From an uncultured Nitrospinota bacterium (GTDB lineage Bacteria > Tectomicrobia > Entotheonellia > J063 > CAVPRW01), in NCBI GenBank assembly GCA_963707985.1, contig CAVPRW010000031.1:96001-160000 (forward strand): a DNA stretch of 64,000 nt, read 5' to 3'. Positions 58,952-64,000 of the stretch are shown here, one piece after another. The notes under the pieces were generated by a model. It did not search any database, had not been told where the DNA came from, and was given only the letters and a program-made list of their open reading frames with translations. The number at the start of each line of letters is the position of its first letter. Within the stretch, counting starts at the first letter, position 1. Made by a program: the position numbers and the translations under genes.

Positions 58952-59013
58952 ACCAATGTCTCCTCGACACGCTTTGTGACCACGCTGAATGGAAGCGCTC
59001 TAGGGCCTTGGGG

Positions 59014-59436
59014 TTAGCGGGGGAGTCGTTCTAATGCCTGCCTGCGCTCAACACCCGTGGGTGCGGGAATACGCTGTGGCATGATCCATTCGAGGTTGCC
59101 CTTGCCCCACTCGTACACCAGGCTCAGTAGCAAGATGACCAGGAAGATAAAACCCGTCACAAAACCGTACCAGCCGAGCTCACGCAGGCGAAGGGCCCAC
59201 GGGAAGAGAAAGACGAGTTCTACCTCAAAAATCACAAAAATCAAAGCGATGACATAAAACCGTGGATTAAATTGGTTGAACAGATGCCCTTCGGATTCCT
59301 CGCCACATTCATATGACGCATACTTGTCAGGCTCATCTATGCTAGGACGAATCAGACTGCCGATGAGGAGATTCAACGGGACGAAAATGGCCCCTAAAAC
59401 AAGAAAAAGCAACACCGGTAAATAGTCAACCAACAT
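59014..59436 (-). CDS. nuoA: NADH-quinone oxidoreductase subunit A
   Basis: YECGE, FYVIALIFVIFEVE, YEWGKGNLEW. Confidence 0.93.
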   Translation of the reverse strand: MLVDYLPVLLFLVLGAIFVPLNLLIGSLIRPSIDEPDKYASYECGEESEGHLFNQFNPRFYVIALIFVIFEVELVFLFPWALRLRELGWYGFVTGFIFLVILLLSLVYEWGKGNLEWIMPQRIPAPTGVERRQALERLPR

Positions 59437-59780
59437 CAACGCGACCCCCCTCAAACAGCCATCTCTCCACTTGGTACACCCCGTTAATCCCAACGCCGCA
59501 GGCCATCGATTGGGATTAACCTCGCCCCAGCCTTACGTAGAGGTATCACTTGTCGGTTTAGGCTAGTGTTAGTTTATACTAGATGAGCCATGTTCAAAAA
59601 GCAAGCCTATCGCGTCCACGACACGTCTGCAAAGCGAGCTGCCGAACGATGCTAGAGGTCGTCTCGTGCCCGAGAAGCCGTCGTGGAAAATACTTGACTT
59701 TAAATTCAGGATTTTTTAGAGTTAGTACAGCGTTGCGTCAAGGATTTGTCATGAAGGATCAGAGCAGGAGAGTCGCTGCG

Positions 59781-60788
59781 ATGGCGCGAAAGATCAAGGC
59801 CAACGTCCTTGAAGCGATCGGTGGGACTCCACTGGTGAAGCTTTCGAAGCTCCCTGGGAGGCGATCGGCAAGCGTATTCGCCAAAGTCGAATCGCTCAAT
59901 CCTGGGGGCAGCGTCAAGGATCGCATCGCCTGGAGTATGGTGCTGGATGCCGAGCGCAAGGGACTGTTGGCCCGTGGCGGTACGATCGTGGAACCGACCA
60001 GCGGTAATACGGGGATCGGGTTGGCCATGGTGGGGGCAGTACGCGGCTATCGCGTCATTCTGGTCCTTACTGATAGTATCAGCTTTGAGCGCTATCACTT
60101 GCTCAGGTCCTTCGGAGCCGAGGTCGTCTTCAGCCCTGCCGAGCGCGGTATGCAAGGGTCGGTCGAGATGGCTGAGTCGATGATCTTGGAGCATCCGGAC
60201 TATTTTATGCCACAACAATTTAATAACCCCTCAAACCCTGAGATCCATCGCCGCACGACCGCACGCGAGATTCTGAGAACCCTAGGCGACGAGCCTGTGC
60301 ATGCCTTTGTCGCTGGCGTGGGCACGGGTGGGACGATCACCGGTGTTGGCGAAGTGTTGAAAAACCGCTATCCCGAGGTGCGCGTCGTGGCCGTGGAGCC
60401 TGCCGCGTCACCAGTGTTGTCGGGGGGATTGCCTGCGGCCACGAAGATCGAGGGCATTGGCGCGGGTTTTATTCCGAAAGTGCTGAATATGCAGATCCTC
60501 GATGAAATCGTTGCCGTCGACGATGATGAGGCCTATGAGATGGCCCAGCGGCTGGCCTATGATGAGGGGTTATTGGTGGGCGTATCAGCTGGTGCTGCCT
60601 GTGCCGCAGCCCTCCAGGTCGCCAAGCGATTGGGTCCGAAAAAGCAGGTCGTGTTTATCTGTCCAGATCGGGGTGAACGCTACTTTAGCCTGAAACGCTA
60701 TTTCCGAGCGGGTGCGGCGGAGCTGCGAGGTTACGCCGTGCCACCGGTGCCGAGCCTGATGGTCGCCCACCACCAGGAGCGGAGCTGA
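59781..60788 (+). CDS. cysK: Cysteine synthase A
   Basis: NPGGSVKDRIA, EPTSGNTGIG, GVGTGGT, IEGIGAGFIP. Confidence 0.9.
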   Translation: MARKIKANVLEAIGGTPLVKLSKLPGRRSASVFAKVESLNPGGSVKDRIAWSMVLDAERKGLLARGGTIVEPTSGNTGIGLAMVGAVRGYRVILVLTDSISFERYHLLRSFGAEVVFSPAERGMQGSVEMAESMILEHPDYFMPQQFNNPSNPEIHRRTTAREILRTLGDEPVHAFVAGVGTGGTITGVGEVLKNRYPEVRVVAVEPAASPVLSGGLPAATKIEGIGAGFIPKVLNMQILDEIVAVDDDEAYEMAQRLAYDEGLLVGVSAGAACAAALQVAKRLGPKKQVVFICPDRGERYFSLKRYFRAGAAELRGYAVPPVPSLMVAHHQERS

Positions 60789-60866
60789 GCGCACCCCTCC
60801 CCCGAGGCCTACTCGGTTACAGGGGCATGGGGCGAGTGACATTGCGTCATAGAGGAGTAATCCCAG

Positions 60867-61151
60867 ATGGCAGTTCGAGTGTTGATTCCAACCCCGCTCC
60901 AACGGCTTACCGATAACCAGGGAGAAGTCGTGATCGAGGGTAGTGATGTACGCGAGGTGATTGGTAATCTCGAAGTGAAGTTTCCCGGCGTGAAAGCGCG
61001 TCTGTGCGATGAAAACGGGGCGCTGCGGCGCTTTGTCAATATCTACATCAACGAGGAGGACATCCGTTTCCTCAAGGGCGAGGCGACGGCGTTGAAAGAT
61101 GGCGATGAGGTCTCAATCGTCCCGGCGATTGCGGGAGGAGGGCATGTATAA
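60867..61151 (+). CDS. Ubiquitin-like sulfur carrier (CysO/MoaD family)
   Basis: [35 protein letters not shown]. Confidence 0.9.
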   Translation: MAVRVLIPTPLQRLTDNQGEVVIEGSDVREVIGNLEVKFPGVKARLCDENGALRRFVNIYINEEDIRFLKGEATALKDGDEVSIVPAIAGGGHV

Positions 61152-61962
61152 TTTTAGCGAGGAGCAGATCAGACGCTACAGCCGCCATATCCTCTTGCCC
61201 GAGGTGGGCGGATTGGGTCAGACCAAGCTCTTGGAGGCGAAAGTCTTGCTGGTGGGCGCCGGCGGACTGGGCTCCCCGGCGGCATTCTATCTGGCGGCTG
61301 CTGGCGTGGGGACCCTGGGGCTTATCGATGCCGACACGGTGGATGTAAGCAATCTTCAGCGACAGATTTTACACACGACAGCCGACGTGGGACGATCCAA
61401 AACAGCATCCGCCAGGGAAACGCTACAAGCGCTCAACCCCGACGTGACGGTGATTCCCTATCAGGAGTTGTTGCATTCCAGCAATATCTTTGACATCATC
61501 AACAATTACGATGTGGTGGTCGATGGCTGCGACAACTTCCCCACGCGCTACTTGGTGAACGACGCCTGCGTCATGGCCAATATCCCCAACGTGCACGGGA
61601 GTATCTTCCGATTCGAAGGGCAGGCGACCGTCTTTAAGCCACATGAGGGCCCCTGCTATCGCTGTCTCTATCCGGAGCCACCACCACCAGGTATGGTACC
61701 GAGCTGCCAGGAAGGGGGCGTACTGGGGGTGTTGCCGGGGGTCATCGGCACGATCCAAGCCATTGAGACCATCAAGCTCATCCTGGACATCGGCAAGCCG
61801 CTTATTGGCCGCCTCCTGATGTACGATGCGCTGAAACTGACCTTCCGCGAGCTGCGATTACGACACGATCCAGCCTGTCCGTTGTGTGGGGATAAGCCAA
61901 CTATTCACGAATTGATCGACTACGAGCAATTCTGCGGTGTTCCGATCGGGGCAGTCGGGTAG
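61144..61962 (+). CDS. moeB: MoeB/ThiF adenylyltransferase
   Basis: RYSRHI, GAGGLG, SNLQRQ, DNFPTRY, CYRC, CPLC; no rhodanese domain. Confidence 0.9.
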   Translation: MYNFSEEQIRRYSRHILLPEVGGLGQTKLLEAKVLLVGAGGLGSPAAFYLAAAGVGTLGLIDADTVDVSNLQRQILHTTADVGRSKTASARETLQALNPDVTVIPYQELLHSSNIFDIINNYDVVVDGCDNFPTRYLVNDACVMANIPNVHGSIFRFEGQATVFKPHEGPCYRCLYPEPPPPGMVPSCQEGGVLGVLPGVIGTIQAIETIKLILDIGKPLIGRLLMYDALKLTFRELRLRHDPACPLCGDKPTIHELIDYEQFCGVPIGAVG

Positions 61963-62010
61963 CGGATAGGCTCGCAGGCTCGCTCAGGAACTGCCGAGAG
62001 GAGGCTGAAC

Positions 62011-62322
62011 ATGGCTGAGAAGCTGGGCTTTTTTCTGAGTACGAGCCCTGAACACGAGAATACCCACACGGTCAACAAATTGGCCGCAGCGGCCATGGAG
62101 AGGGGTCACACGGTGCACATTTTTATCATGTGTGACGGTGTGCACAACGCCTTCCTCCCAACATTTGTGACGCTGGTCGAGAAGGGGGCGCAGATCGTTC
62201 TGTGCTCGCACAATCTCGCCGAGCGCCAGCGACCCAAAATCGAAGGTGCCATCGTCTGTGGCAGCCAATATGATCATGCGCAATTAGTCAGTAGTGTTGA
62301 TCGGTATCTCGCTTTCAATTAA
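62011..62322 (+). CDS. DsrE-family protein
   Basis: [19 protein letters not shown]. Confidence 0.8.
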   Translation: MAEKLGFFLSTSPEHENTHTVNKLAAAAMERGHTVHIFIMCDGVHNAFLPTFVTLVEKGAQIVLCSHNLAERQRPKIEGAIVCGSQYDHAQLVSSVDRYLAFN

Positions 62323-62378
62323 TGGGAGAGCTGTTTGCGGCATGCACCACCAGGAGCAGGATAGTAGAGTGTAGACAC

Positions 62379-62724
62379 ATGAAACATATCGCCGTTGTCA
62401 TACGTCAGACTCCTTTCAATACGTGCCGGAACTCCGAGGCGTTGCGGATGACCGTCGGGCTGACGCTAGCCGATCACGGCATCGCCGTGATCTTCCGTGA
62501 TGACGGGGTGTATACCTTGTTGCCTATGCAACCAGCATTGATTGGCTCGCTCGAAATCGATAAGCATCTTGAGACACTCCAGCTCCTCAACGTACGTCTG
62601 ATCGCCGAACGAGAATCATTGACTGAACGCCACCTGTCTGCGCCTGAAATGGGACGTTGAGCGCCTCGGTCAGCGTGAGGTCATACAGCTCTTGGGGGAG
62701 AGCGATGCAATCATCTGCTTCTGA
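62379..62724 (+). CDS. DsrF-like protein, +1 frameshift near 62640
   Basis: [25 protein letters not shown]; alternate frame ends ESDAIICF. Confidence 0.75.
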
Positions 62725-62757
62725 TAGACGAGGAGCACCGAACCACGGAGTTATCCC

Positions 62758-63699
62758 ATGAGTGTGGTAAGTGAGCACGGGAATACCCGCAACCCGAAGG
62801 CGGTTAATTCTATCTTGGAGCAGATCGGCAAGACGCCGCTGCTCCGTTTCGTCAATATTACCAAAGAGCTTGACCGCGTCAGCATCTATGGCAAAGCCGA
62901 GTGGTTCAACCCGGGTGGATCGGTGAAGGACCGTCCAGCCTTGCGCATGATCGAGGAAGGAGAGCGTACAAAAGTCCTGACGCGAGAAAAGGTGATCCTT
63001 GATTCCAGCTCCGGCAATACCGGCATCGCCTATGCGCTGATCGGCGCGGTGAAGGGGTATCGTGTGGAATTGGCCGTGCCACGGAATGTAAGCCAGGAGC
63101 GCAAGCGGATCTTGCAGGCCTATGGTGCCCACGTCATCTACACTGATCCCCTTGCTGGGTCCGATGGGGCGATTCGGGAGGCACATCGCCGCTACGAGGA
63201 CAACCCTGAGAAGTACTTTATGCCGGACCAATACAACAACCCGGCTAATTGGTGGGCCCACTATGATACGACCGGACCGGAGATCATCGAGCAGACGAAA
63301 GGGCAAATCACCCATTTCGTGGCGGGTGTTGGAACCAGCGGCACCCTGATGGGTACAGGCCGTCGGCTACGGGAGTTCAATCCGCGGATCCAAATCGCCG
63401 CTGTCCTGCCGGCTGAGGATCTGCATGGGATTGAAGGGCTGAAACACATGGAGACAGCCATCGCCCCAGGCATCTGGAATGCTCAGTTCCCCGACCTCAA
63501 GCTGGCGGTGCGTACCGAGGATGCCTACACGATGGCACGCCGCCTGGCTCTGGAGGAAGGGATCTTGGTGGGACAATCGGCTGGGGCAGCTGTATACGCT
63601 GCCTTGCAGCTGGCGCGGCAGATGACCGAAGGGGTAATCGTGACGATTTTGCCAGATGCGGGAGACCGTTACTTCAGCACTGGCCTGTGGGAGGGATGA
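62758..63699 (+). CDS. cysM: Cysteine synthase B / CysM-type PLP enzyme
   Basis: NPGGSVKDRPA, SSGNTG, DQYNNPAN, GTSGT, IEGLK. Confidence 0.85.
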   Translation: MSVVSEHGNTRNPKAVNSILEQIGKTPLLRFVNITKELDRVSIYGKAEWFNPGGSVKDRPALRMIEEGERTKVLTREKVILDSSSGNTGIAYALIGAVKGYRVELAVPRNVSQERKRILQAYGAHVIYTDPLAGSDGAIREAHRRYEDNPEKYFMPDQYNNPANWWAHYDTTGPEIIEQTKGQITHFVAGVGTSGTLMGTGRRLREFNPRIQIAAVLPAEDLHGIEGLKHMETAIAPGIWNAQFPDLKLAVRTEDAYTMARRLALEEGILVGQSAGAAVYAALQLARQMTEGVIVTILPDAGDRYFSTGLWEG

Positions 63700-63705
63700 G
63701 CACTC

Positions 63706-64000
63706 ATGCGGGTGACTCGTGCGAACGCAGAACAGATGTATGCGCAGGCACTGGCGGAGTTCCCCTTCGAGTGCTGCGGTATGATTATCGGGCCGGAGGG
63801 GGAAGATATCAGCACTGAGGACCTGGTGAGACCCTGTCGAAATGTCCAGCAGGACCTTCACCAAAAATACCCCGAACGCTTTCCACGGGATGCGACCATC
63901 GGATACACCATGGCCAAGGATGATATTGAGGCCATCGTCAAAGAGGCACAGAAGCATGCGTGGGTGGTCAAGGTGTGTTATCACTCACATCCAAACACGG
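63706..64000 (+). CDS. M67/JAMM (Mec-like) metalloprotease, runs off the window
   Basis: PFECCG, PCRN, YHSHP. Confidence 0.85.
   Translation, partial: MRVTRANAEQMYAQALAEFPFECCGMIIGPEGEDISTEDLVRPCRNVQQDLHQKYPERFPRDATIGYTMAKDDIEAIVKEAQKHAWVVKVCYHSHPNT

Overview
GC-rich (~60%) bacterial window; taxonomy cannot be fixed from sequence alone. Left flank (1-8.4 kb): metabolic genes (LLM oxidoreductase, aldo/keto reductase, class III aminotransferase, Fur, TPR, thiE, ilvE), a hidden HMA-domain gene whose CxxC reads C-G-L-TGA followed by a SECIS-like hairpin (candidate selenoprotein), and an antitoxin-RelE fusion. Middle (8.5-47.4 kb): decaying accessory region. One giant trans-AT NRPS-PKS gene appears broken into three pieces by an IS630-associated deletion and a ~12.7 kb insert. 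The insert holds a toxin-antitoxin cassette array with attC-like sites, an IS remnant and a general-stress gene islet. Further right are a UpxY/LoaP-type NusG paralog, GNAT, DUF1003, VIT1, a sulfotransferase relic and a pseudogenised integrase at tRNA-Glu/tRNA-Gln. Right flank: two SDRs, an rRNA unit containing only tRNA-Ile, tRNA-Ala and 23S (own promoter and terminator, no 16S or 5S), tyrS, MoaD-like, two CNNM genes, nuoH/nuoA and a cysK-cysO-moeB-dsrE-dsrF-cysM-mec sulfur-relay cluster. Single-base frameshifts also occur in housekeeping genes, so some pseudogene calls may be sequencing indels.
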